Below are positions 46,361 to 55,530 of a stretch of 64,000 bases of DNA, one piece after another. The notes beneath the pieces were generated by a model that was not told where the DNA came from, made no database searches, and was given only the letters and a program-made list of their open reading frames with translations. The DNA comes from a bacterium (GTDB lineage Bacteria > UBA8248): positions 2,496,001 through 2,560,000 of the forward strand of contig CBDBBI010000010.1 of assembly GCA_965202625.1 (NCBI GenBank), written 5' to 3'. Numbering within the stretch: position 1 is the stretch's first letter; each line of letters starts with the position of its first letter. Both the position numbers and the translations under genes were made by a program.

Positions 46361-47508
46361 GTGCACGCCTCGATCAGCGCTAGCCTCCCGTTTTCGCGCA
46401 CCTTGTCCACGCGCCATATCTCCTCGATCATCTCGATTTCAGACGGCAAAACGAGCCGCTCTCCGACCTCTCCCTCCAGTTCATGGAGACGGCGGAGAAT
46501 TTCGCTGCGCACCTCGAACCGAAACGGGCCCCGGACGAGGTTCCCGTTGGGCTTGAGTTTGGCCTTGCCGTCCCGTCGCACGGGCATTCGGTTCTCGTTG
46601 TTCTCGCGCAATTCGATGAGCCATTCCCGGAAATCCGCCAATGCCTCGAATTTCTCCTCCTCTTCATGCCCGGCGGCGATGATGCCGCGCAGGCTCCTGT
46701 CTTTCTTGATGACGGTACACGTCCAGCAACCAAAACGCGGCGAGGTCGTTCCGCACGATGGCGCGTCCTCTTTCGTCAGCACGAGCGGGCAGTCGCCGCC
46801 GCCTGCGTTGCGATAGAGGGTGATCAGGTTGCGGTGGGTGCCGCCCCAGGGCGGGTTGAGCTGCGGTAGAATCATCCACACCTCGTCGTCGCGGAGATCG
46901 GCGAGAGGTGCCCACGTGCGGCACCCCTCTATCGTTCCGTGCGGCTGCGTTTCTTCGGCCTGCACTCCGTGCTTTTCCATGTTGCGGCGTCTGTTCTGTG
47001 ATTCGCTTCTGCGCGTGCCGATCAGCAGCACTGCGCGCTTATGTCTGCGCAGGAGGTTTTCCAGTAGATGCTCGGTGGGGCGGATTTTCATCCTGTCCGT
47101 GCACCAGCGGAAATTGCGCGTGGGCGGAACGTATCCCCGGCCGATCACGTTCACCCAGAAGGTCTGATCAACGCAGGGTTTCGTAAGAGCAACGCGGACG
47201 GGCAGCACGTCCTTCTCCGCCGCCGCCCTGATGGCGTCGAGACTCTCTTTCAGATGCCGAATCACGAGGGGCGATTCGACCAGCGTATCGTTTCCGATGA
47301 CGTGCATCTCGCGTCTGCGCTCCCCTGGAGGGCAGGAAAGCATGGCTTCCCAGGCGAGATGAAGGAGCAGGGTAGAATCCTTGCCGCCCGAGTAGGCGAC
47401 CATCCACGGGTCGGCGGGCGCCTTGCGATATTCCGTCCGCATGACTTCCCGGATGGATGCAAGCCGCGCGGCTGTCTCATGGACGTTGAGCTGCGGCCCC
47501 GCGCGCAT
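46357..47508 (-). CDS. dndC: DNA phosphorothioation protein DndC (PAPS-reductase family)
   Basis: AYSGGKDS, DTLVESP, FWVNVIGRGY, FRWCTDRMKI.P, GTRRSES, CG..RFGCWTCTV, GPF. Confidence 0.9.
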   Translation of the reverse strand: MRAGPQLNVHETAARLASIREVMRTEYRKAPADPWMVAYSGGKDSTLLLHLAWEAMLSCPPGERRREMHVIGNDTLVESPLVIRHLKESLDAIRAAAEKDVLPVRVALTKPCVDQTFWVNVIGRGYVPPTRNFRWCTDRMKIRPTEHLLENLLRRHKRAVLLIGTRRSESQNRRRNMEKHGVQAEETQPHGTIEGCRTWAPLADLRDDEVWMILPQLNPPWGGTHRNLITLYRNAGGGDCPLVLTKEDAPSCGTTSPRFGCWTCTVIKKDRSLRGIIAAGHEEEEKFEALADFREWLIELRENNENRMPVRRDGKAKLKPNGNLVRGPFRFEVRSEILRRLHELEGEVGERLVLPSEIEMIEEIWRVDKVRENGRLALIEACT

Positions 47509-47706
47509 TTCGTCCTCGCTGGGCGTGAACAACCCGGCTTTATGATAAAAGATTGGATCGAACCCTTAAAACCTGAATATAAGGGGAGAGGGGAGGGCGA
47601 ATCAAACGGCGCATGGCTTCAGCCCATTCCCTTGTTCGCAGGCCAGGCACGCGCGCGCCGTTTTAAGCGGAATGGATTTTCGCCCTTGCCGGGCGGAGGA
47701 GGCGCC

Positions 47707-48588
47707 ATGAACGACGCGCTGCTGGCGGCGGGTTTCGCACTGGGCACCGCGTCCATGTCCTCGGCCTTCAGCCTCGTCGCCAGGCGCGGGCAGCAGCATG
47801 GCTCGGCGATGACGGGCGTCGTCATCGGTTTGCTCGCCAACGTCCCCTGGTTGATCGTGCTCACGATTCTCACCTGGGAGCCCGCCTACTGGAGCGGAGA
47901 AGCCTGGTTTTGGTTCTTCCTATCGGGCCTCACGGGGCCCTCGCTCGGCCGCGTGTTCATGTTTCGGGCGATACACAGCCTCGGGGTGTCGCGCGCGATT
48001 CCCCTCATGGCGGCGAATCCGCTTTTCTCCGCCGTCTTCGCCTACTTCTTCCTCGGCGAGCGGCCAGGGGCTTACGTCTGGGCGGGAATCGTCCTGGTCG
48101 TCCTGGGCTGCGTCGGCATCACCTATCAGCGCAAGAGCGACGCACCCTGGGACAGGCGCGCCATCTGGCTGCCCCTGATGGCCGTTTTAGGGTTCTCCAT
48201 CTCCAACATATTCCGAAAGGTCGGAATCGATCTCGTCCCCTCGGCGCTTCTGGGCATCACGCTCACCAGCGTTTTCGGTCTCGCCGCCCTGCTCGCCCTC
48301 CTGCCGCTTTTGCCCAAAGCCCAGCGCCCATCTCTGGGGTGGGGACGCGCCTGGCATTTTTACGGTCCCTGCGGGTTGCTCAACACCCTGGCGTTTCTGA
48401 GCCATTTCGCCGCCTTGAAGTATGGAGACGTATCGGTCGTATCGCCGCTTTCCTCCACGGCACCTCTCTTCGCGCTCCTGTTCACCTGGATGTTTTTGCG
48501 CGATGTGGAGCGCATCACGCTCCCCATCGTGCTGGGGACGGTCTGCACCGTGGCGGGAGGGGTGCTCATCGCTCTGCAAGCGATGTAG
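47707..48588 (+). CDS. EamA/DMT family transporter
   Basis: About 10 TMs; paralog of 39945..40826; start at MNDALL. Confidence 0.85.
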   Translation: MNDALLAAGFALGTASMSSAFSLVARRGQQHGSAMTGVVIGLLANVPWLIVLTILTWEPAYWSGEAWFWFFLSGLTGPSLGRVFMFRAIHSLGVSRAIPLMAANPLFSAVFAYFFLGERPGAYVWAGIVLVVLGCVGITYQRKSDAPWDRRAIWLPLMAVLGFSISNIFRKVGIDLVPSALLGITLTSVFGLAALLALLPLLPKAQRPSLGWGRAWHFYGPCGLLNTLAFLSHFAALKYGDVSVVSPLSSTAPLFALLFTWMFLRDVERITLPIVLGTVCTVAGGVLIALQAM

Positions 48589-48591
48589 CGC

Positions 48592-49137
48592 TCAGCCCGT
48601 GAGGAGCGCCCGTATTTCGGGAGCGACGTTCCGGGCGCGCTCCCGAAGCTGCGCGTCCGTCAGGCTGCCCACCGGATGGGGGACGTAGGCCACCGGATAG
48701 CCCGGCATTCCGCGCACCCTGGAGACCATCTCGACCGTGGGCCGAAAGGGTTCGGTGCAGATGACGGCGGTGGGGACGCCTCGTTTCTCCAACTCGATTC
48801 CATCGTGCACACTGCACGAGGAGCAGGAGCCTCAGTCGCCCACCGCGGTGATGGCGAGGTCGCATTTCTCGGCCATCTTCGCATACATCTCCGGCTTCGC
48901 CGGTCGGGTGTCATATTCCTTCGACAGCGCAACGGCGAGGTCGGGGTCCGCTCCGTCCGTCCGCAGTTCCTCAAGCACGTAGCGCATGAGCTTGTCCGCG
49001 CCCACCTTGGAGTTCCAGAGCAAGCCGATCCGCTTGCCGGCCAGTGCGCCGTCGCGCTCGATGCGCCTCTCGTCTTCGATCTCCGGCTCCACGGTCGGAT
49101 CGTAAATCGGTATCGCCGTATCCACTGCGGAATTCAT
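48592..49137 (-). CDS. UGSC-family selenoprotein (UGA at 48832-48834 read as Sec)
   Basis: ORFs 48832..49137 and 48592..48810 are in frame across TGA: AVGD-U-GSCSSCSVHD..ELEKRGVP; hairpin downstream of the UGA. Confidence 0.85.
48799..48822 (-). promoter_or_regulatory. Candidate bacterial SECIS element
   Basis: On the mRNA: TCC-TCGTGCA-GTG-TGCACGA-T-GGA; the 7-bp perfect stem starts 12 nt after the UGA and has a G-containing loop. Confidence 0.55.
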
Positions 49138-50213
49138 CGAGCACTCCCTCCCGTCAGTTCGCCATCGTTGGATTCTGTATTTTTACTTTTCCTCTCCGTC
49201 GCGCTCAGAACCGGGCGGGTGACGGCCTCCCCGTTTCGCCTCCTGCTCCACGAGGGCACCCATGAGGAATGTCCTCCGGCCTCTCCGCCGGCGACCACGA
49301 CGTGGACGTCCTCGGGGGTGAGCGCGTGGCGCACGTTCCCGTTCTCGTCGGCGGCGATGGGCTTGTCGATCTTGCCGGTTTTGAGGAGCAGGCGTAAGGG
49401 GAGCGTCGCGTTCTCGAACAGGTATTCCCTGAGTTCCCTCTTCGTGGGGAATTCCTGCCCCAGAAGATGCGCGTGCTCGGGCGCGAAAACGAAGAAGGAT
49501 TGTCCCTCGCTCATGCTGCCCAGGCCCGTCATGGTGGCGGCGGCGGTTTCGGCGATTCCCCGTCCGCGTCCGTAGTGGTTCTGAATGTTGTGTGGCCCCT
49601 CGGCGGCGAGCAGGGTGACCGCGCTCCTCCCCTCGGCATGTCCCAGATCTACGCTCAGCGGCTCCCAGGGGCTTTTCTCTTCCCATTCGGCGAAGGTGAA
49701 ACTGTATTTGCCCGGATTTCCCTGGGTGGAGCGATCCAGCAGCCCCGGTTTCGAGCCCAGGCAGTTGATGATGACGAGTCGAAGCGCGCGGCCTATCGTC
49801 GCGCCCGCGCGGTTGCCCGGTCCGTAGATGTTTCCCGCCATGTGGAGGTCTATCTCGTGGCGCACCGGACCGTTGACGACCATGAAGGGCGCCGCCCCGC
49901 CCGTGCTGGTGGCGCTCGAGTGCAGGTTGTAGGCAGGGTCGGCCATGGCCTCCAGCGCGGCGAGAATGACCGGCATGTAGGAGGGCAGACACCCCGCCAT
50001 GATGGCGTTGAGCGCCACCTTCTCAGCGCGCACCGTCCTTTTTCGCTCCGCCAGGCGAAATACGACGTCCTCCGCCTCAAGGCCCGAGGCTTCCAGAAAG
50101 CGCTCAAGCAGGTCCGGTCTGGGCGGAACGACGGGCAGGCCGTCCGTCCATCCCCTCGCGTGATAAACCTCCATCGCCTCGTAGAGATCCACAGCCTCGC
50201 TCACCGCGTCCAC
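49134..50213 (-). CDS. UGSC-associated conserved protein
   Basis: GWTDGLPVVPP, VALNAIMAGC.P.Y, GNRAGATIGRALRL, TQGNPGKY..FAE, VVAGG; ATGA coupling to the UGSC gene. Confidence 0.8.
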   Translation of the reverse strand: MDAVSEAVDLYEAMEVYHARGWTDGLPVVPPRPDLLERFLEASGLEAEDVVFRLAERKRTVRAEKVALNAIMAGCLPSYMPVILAALEAMADPAYNLHSSATSTGGAAPFMVVNGPVRHEIDLHMAGNIYGPGNRAGATIGRALRLVIINCLGSKPGLLDRSTQGNPGKYSFTFAEWEEKSPWEPLSVDLGHAEGRSAVTLLAAEGPHNIQNHYGRGRGIAETAAATMTGLGSMSEGQSFFVFAPEHAHLLGQEFPTKRELREYLFENATLPLRLLLKTGKIDKPIAADENGNVRHALTPEDVHVVVAGGEAGGHSSWVPSWSRRRNGEAVTRPVLSATERKSKNTESNDGELTGGSAR

Positions 50214-50439
50214 TGAAGCCTCCTGTGCTCAGATACACTCTCTCAAGACGCAGAATATCCCAGAGAGGCGATTTTGAAAACGCGCGCCCCGGAAACCAGG
50301 GCGGTCCTCTCCCGCCGGCGGAGGAGGGACGCCGCGCCCTCGCGGCTTCGGAGACGACTTACGTTTGGTGTATCATTCTCCCATCCCGCCCCGCGCTCGC
50401 CCTGGACGATTGGTGGGCGCAACCAGAAGGAGCGGCTAG

Positions 50440-51048
50440 GTGAATATAGACTTGATACGCGCGGTGAACGCGCATTTTCAACCCTTCTACGCTTACGTGG
50501 CGGAGGAGGTGCACGCCGAATACGGGCGAAATGCAGGATGCGTTCTGGAGGTCGGCCCCTATGGCCCGGGCGTGGCGCTCGCCCTGGCCGAGCGGTGTCC
50601 CGAGATGCGCTTCACGTGCGGGGACGAGGCGGACGCCGTGAACGATTATCTGGCCGAGCGGATAGCCGAGGCGGGAATGCCCTCGCGCGTGCGGGTGCGG
50701 CGGCTGGACAAGCGTTGCCTGCCGTTCGACCCGGCTTCGTTCGACCTCGTCGTCTTTCGGGGCGGGCTTTTCTTCTGGGATGGGCAGGAGAGGATCATCG
50801 CGGAGATGCACCGCGTTTTGCGGCCCGGCGGCCTGGGCGCCCACGGCGGCGGGTTCGGCGCCGGCGCGCCGGACGCCCTCATTGAGGCGCTGCTGCCCAG
50901 GGCGCGCGCGCTGAACGATAGGCTGGGCAAAAAGCGCCTCTCACGCACCGAGACGGAAAGGATCGCCCAAAGCGCAGGCATCGGAGATTCCGCCCGCATC
51001 AAGGCGAAGCATGGACTCTGGATGTATTGGAAGAAGGACGTTGAATAA
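50440..51048 (+). CDS. Class I SAM-dependent methyltransferase
   Basis: VLEVGPYGPG, LPFDPASFDLVV.RG..FFW, EMHRVLRPGG. Confidence 0.85.
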   Translation: MNIDLIRAVNAHFQPFYAYVAEEVHAEYGRNAGCVLEVGPYGPGVALALAERCPEMRFTCGDEADAVNDYLAERIAEAGMPSRVRVRRLDKRCLPFDPASFDLVVFRGGLFFWDGQERIIAEMHRVLRPGGLGAHGGGFGAGAPDALIEALLPRARALNDRLGKKRLSRTETERIAQSAGIGDSARIKAKHGLWMYWKKDVE

Positions 51049-51122
51049 GCGGATAGTCCGCCGTCATGACGGGCGGGAAATTTGTCCGGCGGAGGGATGG
51101 GAGATGGCGGCCGGCCTCTTCG

Positions 51123-54100
51123 CTACGCTTCGGAAAGAGCCTTCTGAATCGCTCGTAATTCGGCGTCGGTGATGCTCCAGATGGCGGCCGCCGCCCTGTC
51201 GATTTCAGCCTCCAGTTCCATCATCACGTCTTTCTGGCCGTTTTCCGCCGCAACGTGACATTGGCGCGAGAGTTCCGCCAGCCGCGCATGGATGCTGTCC
51301 CTCTTCCTGAATCGAGGAACGGCGATGTTCTTCATGATATGTGGTGAGGGATGGAGAACGACATAAGCCGCCGCCGCCGCTTGGGCAGGTGAAGAATTGA
51401 GCATTCCAGCGATGAAGTGGGCCTCATGCTCGTTGTCGGAAGAGACCAAAACGATTGAATGATCAGGCAACGAGGGCTTCATGTTCTCCACTGTTGAGGA
51501 ACCGCACACGCTTGCGCGGACCGTGTGTCCGACTTCGGGCCAGAGCACTTTCCATTCCGTCATGGTATATGGCCCGACGTTGTACATGGAGTAGAAGGGA
51601 TCAGAAGGCTTGAAATACCGGCGGTAGCCTGAGCGCCCGCGCAGCGTTCCACGTTCAGGTTTTTTGGGGTCGCCCTCGAATCGCTTCAAGTAGGCGAAGG
51701 TCTTCGGCCAGCGGCGTTTCATTTCCGCTTCGGGAATGCCTTTTCTCGTTTGCGGATCCTGCGCAAGGATGATGTATGCGGAAGGCCGGGCGCGCCAGCG
51801 TTTGACGTCCCGACCGCGCAGCAGGGGATAGACCAAATCCGGCTCGATGGCGGCCTGCGTCCGCTCGACCTTGATCTTGCCGACGTCGTGCAGGTTTTCG
51901 ATCAGGAGTTCGCCATTGGGTCGTTTCTCCAGGATACGAATCCAGTACACGCCGTTCAGCCACGTGCAGCAGCCGGCGTTCGCCCGATAGTCACTCGCCC
52001 CGATCACTTTTTGGATACCGGGGAGCGCCTGTTTTGGGGCCGTGAGCCAGGGGGACGAGTCTTTGGAAGGGATAACCGGAATCGCCTCAATTCTCCTTTG
52101 CTCCGTCGCTTTGAGAACGCTCGCAAGAGACTCCTCTTGCGCAATGCGTGAAGCGCCTTTCCATGTCGTGTATCTTGCAGGGTAGGCAAAGGGTCGTCTC
52201 GTTTTTTCACAGATAAAGATGGCGGTGCGGTTGGTCGCGCCCTCAAAGACTTGCATTGCGCTCATGTCGTGGACCATGAGTGGTTTGAGGTGCCACGTCA
52301 TGCGAGGCTTGTCTTGAACGTATCTCAGTTGTCTGAAGCCGTCGCCCGCGCCCTGCGTCTTGAACACGCTCTGCGTGATGACGAACCCGAGTCTCCCGCC
52401 TTTTTCCAGATAATTGTCCACCGAGGAGTAGGTGAACAGCATGGACAAGTCTTTCTTGCCTCCTCCCAGACGACCCTCCGACCCCGACAGCGTGAAGAGA
52501 TTGTATTCCTGCCAGAGAGGTTTCATGTCGTCGCGGTAGCCGTCGGGCAAATGCTCCCAGTTCACCCAGGGCGGATTGCCCGTCACGTAGTCCACCTTGC
52601 CGATGAACAGGGGCGCAAAGGCGTTCTTGATGATGCGCGCCCAGACGCCGTTCTTGTTCTCGGCGTCGAGTCGCTGAAGTTCGCGATAGAGTTGCTTGTG
52701 GAGTTCGGCTTCTCCCGCTGGAATGGCTTCGATCTCGCAGCGCTCGAGGAATTCGTCGGGCGAATAGCCGTTGCCGATGCAGAACTCGAGCGCGTCGGCG
52801 TAGCGGCCGATATGTTCCCGATTTCCGGCGACTTCCACCGGTATGTTGAAGTCTCCGGCGCTGGTCTTGAGTCGCCGCACGCGGTCCAGTCTTCCGACGG
52901 AGAGGTCGCTATATTCCGAGGGCGTCATGATCGAATCGCACAAATAGACGGGCAACTCGACCGCATCCGCATGGCGCAGCAAATCGCGGACAGCCATGAG
53001 ATAATTGGCGCGCGCGGCCATGACGGCCAGCGGATTCAGGTCAAAGCCGATGACGTTGCGCAGAATTTTGCGCAGCAACCCGTCCTCGCTGAAGCCGCAT
53101 TCGTAGCGGTGTTCGCCAAACCAGCGTTTGACGCGATTCAACGCCATCACCAGAAAGGTGCCCGAACCGCAGGCGGGGTCGAGCAAACGCTTGTCGGGGT
53201 CACCGTCATAGCCGAGTTCGTCGAGCACGAGTTCGGCGAGCCAGTCGGGCGTGTAGTATTCTCCGAGATCGTGCCGGACGGATTTTGGAAAAAGCTGCTG
53301 GTAGAGTTGCTTGAGCAGGTCGCGGGATTCTGCGGGATCGACGCTGAGCGTGGTGGGGTCGAATTCGTCAAGGTATTTTGTCATCGTGCGCACTGCGTCC
53401 GCGCATCCCTCGTCCCATGCGTCGAGATACCAGGAGAAGAGGTCGCCTTCGAGGAAGTTGCGAATGCCGATCTGCGACCAGATGCCGCCGTGTTCGAGAT
53501 TCCGCAGTTCCTCCCGTAATTTGGCCGAAGTAGGCGCGGAGACGAGTCGCCTCAGCGTTGAAGTCCCCAGGGGCGAGAAGGAGGCGACTATCTCGGCGGC
53601 AAGCATTTTCATGAATATGGCGTAATAGGTATGAACGGCGAAGAGAAGCTGGGCTGGACGGGGCCCGGGTATCGAATAATGGTCGGCCAATGCTCTGACC
53701 TTGTGACTCCGACCATGGATGTCATAGCCGCAAACCTCGCCGAATAAAATTTGCCATTGGCGGAAAAACGTTTGCGCCTTGGGGCTGTTGGTCGTGCGGA
53801 TGAGGTCATGGATGAGGCGAACGCCTTTTTGGGCACTCGGGCTCTCAGAGCCAAAATAGTCGCTCAGGTTCTTCGGCGTGAAGGAAAGCCCCCGCGCGCC
53901 CACCGACACGATTGCCCGCAGCAAACGCTGGACGGTATGCGCCGTGACCGGCTGCGGACTCTCGACGTCGAACCTGGCCCCATGTTTCCGCACGAACACG
54001 AGAACGTCGCCATCGCACCCCACGCCGAGGATGCGATCCATGCCGACGTGCTCTTTCGCCTCAAAGTCCCTGAAGCGTTTTTTGAGTTGCTTCACAACGG

Positions 54101-54386
54101 CTTTGGCGCCCGGTGCGTTCTCATTCTCCGTAATTTTGCCTGCGCCCTTGGGGTCCTTGTACTCAATGACCACGCCGCCATATTTCGAGTCGATGCGTCC
54201 GCCCGCCAGGTCGTATTCATGTCGGCCCTTGAGGGTGAGTTCCGCTTTGTTGATGAACTCGTCGATCAGATTGTTGCACGCATGGCGCACGTCTTCCTCC
54301 GAGCCGGCCCCTTGAGCCGCCCCGACCATCTGCTTCGCCATCACCTCAGCGTGCGTTTGAATCAACGTTTCGAGGTTCGTATCCAT
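51123..54386 (-). CDS. Type IIG restriction-modification enzyme (fused endonuclease, N6-adenine MTase and TRD)
   Basis: N-terminal RIDSKYGGVVIEYK (PD-(D/E)xK), GEYYTPDWLA, LDPACGSGTFL, GNPPWV; C-terminal TRD-like region. Confidence 0.88.
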   Translation of the reverse strand: MDTNLETLIQTHAEVMAKQMVGAAQGAGSEEDVRHACNNLIDEFINKAELTLKGRHEYDLAGGRIDSKYGGVVIEYKDPKGAGKITENENAPGAKAVVKQLKKRFRDFEAKEHVGMDRILGVGCDGDVLVFVRKHGARFDVESPQPVTAHTVQRLLRAIVSVGARGLSFTPKNLSDYFGSESPSAQKGVRLIHDLIRTTNSPKAQTFFRQWQILFGEVCGYDIHGRSHKVRALADHYSIPGPRPAQLLFAVHTYYAIFMKMLAAEIVASFSPLGTSTLRRLVSAPTSAKLREELRNLEHGGIWSQIGIRNFLEGDLFSWYLDAWDEGCADAVRTMTKYLDEFDPTTLSVDPAESRDLLKQLYQQLFPKSVRHDLGEYYTPDWLAELVLDELGYDGDPDKRLLDPACGSGTFLVMALNRVKRWFGEHRYECGFSEDGLLRKILRNVIGFDLNPLAVMAARANYLMAVRDLLRHADAVELPVYLCDSIMTPSEYSDLSVGRLDRVRRLKTSAGDFNIPVEVAGNREHIGRYADALEFCIGNGYSPDEFLERCEIEAIPAGEAELHKQLYRELQRLDAENKNGVWARIIKNAFAPLFIGKVDYVTGNPPWVNWEHLPDGYRDDMKPLWQEYNLFTLSGSEGRLGGGKKDLSMLFTYSSVDNYLEKGGRLGFVITQSVFKTQGAGDGFRQLRYVQDKPRMTWHLKPLMVHDMSAMQVFEGATNRTAIFICEKTRRPFAYPARYTTWKGASRIAQEESLASVLKATEQRRIEAIPVIPSKDSSPWLTAPKQALPGIQKVIGASDYRANAGCCTWLNGVYWIRILEKRPNGELLIENLHDVGKIKVERTQAAIEPDLVYPLLRGRDVKRWRARPSAYIILAQDPQTRKGIPEAEMKRRWPKTFAYLKRFEGDPKKPERGTLRGRSGYRRYFKPSDPFYSMYNVGPYTMTEWKVLWPEVGHTVRASVCGSSTVENMKPSLPDHSIVLVSSDNEHEAHFIAGMLNSSPAQAAAAAYVVLHPSPHIMKNIAVPRFRKRDSIHARLAELSRQCHVAAENGQKDVMMELEAEIDRAAAAIWSITDAELRAIQKALSEA

Positions 54387-54387
54387 C

Positions 54388-54954
54388 TCACTCCGCACCC
54401 TTCAGCAAACTCGTTTTGGTGAACACCGCCTCAAGGGCGAAGCCGCGCGCGGCGAGGTTCTTCCGTCCGCCTTCCTCCCTGTCCACGAGGCAGATGACCT
54501 GCGCGATTTCGAGACCTGCGGAGAGTGCCGCCTCAATCGCCACGAGGCTGGAGGCGGCGGTGGTCACCACGTCCTCGACGATGGCGACACGCATTCCCGC
54601 TCTCAGGTTTCCCGCCCCCTCGATGCGGTTTTGCATTCCGTGTCCCTTCTCCGCCTTGCGAATGATGAAGGCGGGGACGTCGACGCCTGAGAGCGCGGCG
54701 GTCATCGAGACGGCGGTCACCATCGGGTCCGCCCCCAGGGTGGGTCCGCCTACGGCCTGTGCCCCGCTTTTCCGAATGCGCTCGAGAATCACCCGCCCCA
54801 CGAGCCGCGCCCCCTCGCCATGGAGGGTGACCTGGCGGCAATCGACGTAAAAATCGCTCTCCTTGCCCGAGGCGAGCCGCACCTTTTTCTTCTCATACGC
54901 CTTCTCCAGCAAAAGCCGGCGCAGGGCTTCCAGGTCTGCGTCATCCCTCCTCAT
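54388..54954 (-). CDS. pyrE: Orotate phosphoribosyltransferase
   Basis: LASGKESDFYVDCR, GGPTLGADP, IRKAEKGHG, VEDVVTT, VDREEG. Confidence 0.95.
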   Translation of the reverse strand: MRRDDADLEALRRLLLEKAYEKKKVRLASGKESDFYVDCRQVTLHGEGARLVGRVILERIRKSGAQAVGGPTLGADPMVTAVSMTAALSGVDVPAFIIRKAEKGHGMQNRIEGAGNLRAGMRVAIVEDVVTTAASSLVAIEAALSAGLEIAQVICLVDREEGGRKNLAARGFALEAVFTKTSLLKGAE

Positions 54955-55122
54955 GGCGTCGCCTTTCTCGTCGAATCGTGGTCGGTCGGGTGTGGTCGTT
55001 CTTCTTGTTGCGCATGGCGTGTGTTTTGGCGTTGTTGAGGACATGGATGGATGGGGCAGCCCGAGCGTTTCGCCGCCCCGTGAAGCGCGAGGGCGCACCT
55101 GTGCGGGTGCGGGAATGCCCCC

Positions 55123-55410
55123 TCACTCGGGCGCGTCGTCGCTCCCCTGAATCTTTTGGCGGATGTGAAGCGCCGCCGCCTCAAAGGCTTCGGGCACCAT
55201 GACGTGCACCGCGCCCAGGTGGGTCTGGCTGAATCCGTAGACGGCGCCCGCCGAATCATAGCTCAGGTGCACGGGTATGCGCTCGGCCTCCAGCCTGCTC
55301 TTGAGGATGAGCGCCTCCATCTGCCCGCCCACCGTGGCGATGCGCCTTAAATTCGATGATCCCCTCACGCCCTCCGGCGGTTCCGCGCTCCACAAACTGG
55401 CGCTCCTCAA
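55123..55410 (-). CDS. DUF2007-like putative signal-transducing protein
   Basis: EALILKSRLEAERIP...G.V.VMVPE...AA; start uncertain. Confidence 0.7.
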   Translation of the reverse strand: MRSASLWSAEPPEGVRGSSNLRRIATVGGQMEALILKSRLEAERIPVHLSYDSAGAVYGFSQTHLGAVHVMVPEAFEAAALHIRQKIQGSDDAPE

Positions 55411-55530
55411 GCCGTTTCACCGTTGCATATCGCGTCTGCAATACGGAATCCTCCCTTATGTTCGGGTATATTTCTCATCAGCGCAAGGGTGGCGCGCGTC
55501 CTCGCTTCTGGTTGGTTTCCCGTTCCCTGA

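Noticed and set aside
47068-47706. 213-aa N-terminal extension on the second EamA ORF
   Set aside because: It overlaps dndC on the opposite strand. The true start is the ATG at 47707, which has a GGAGG RBS.
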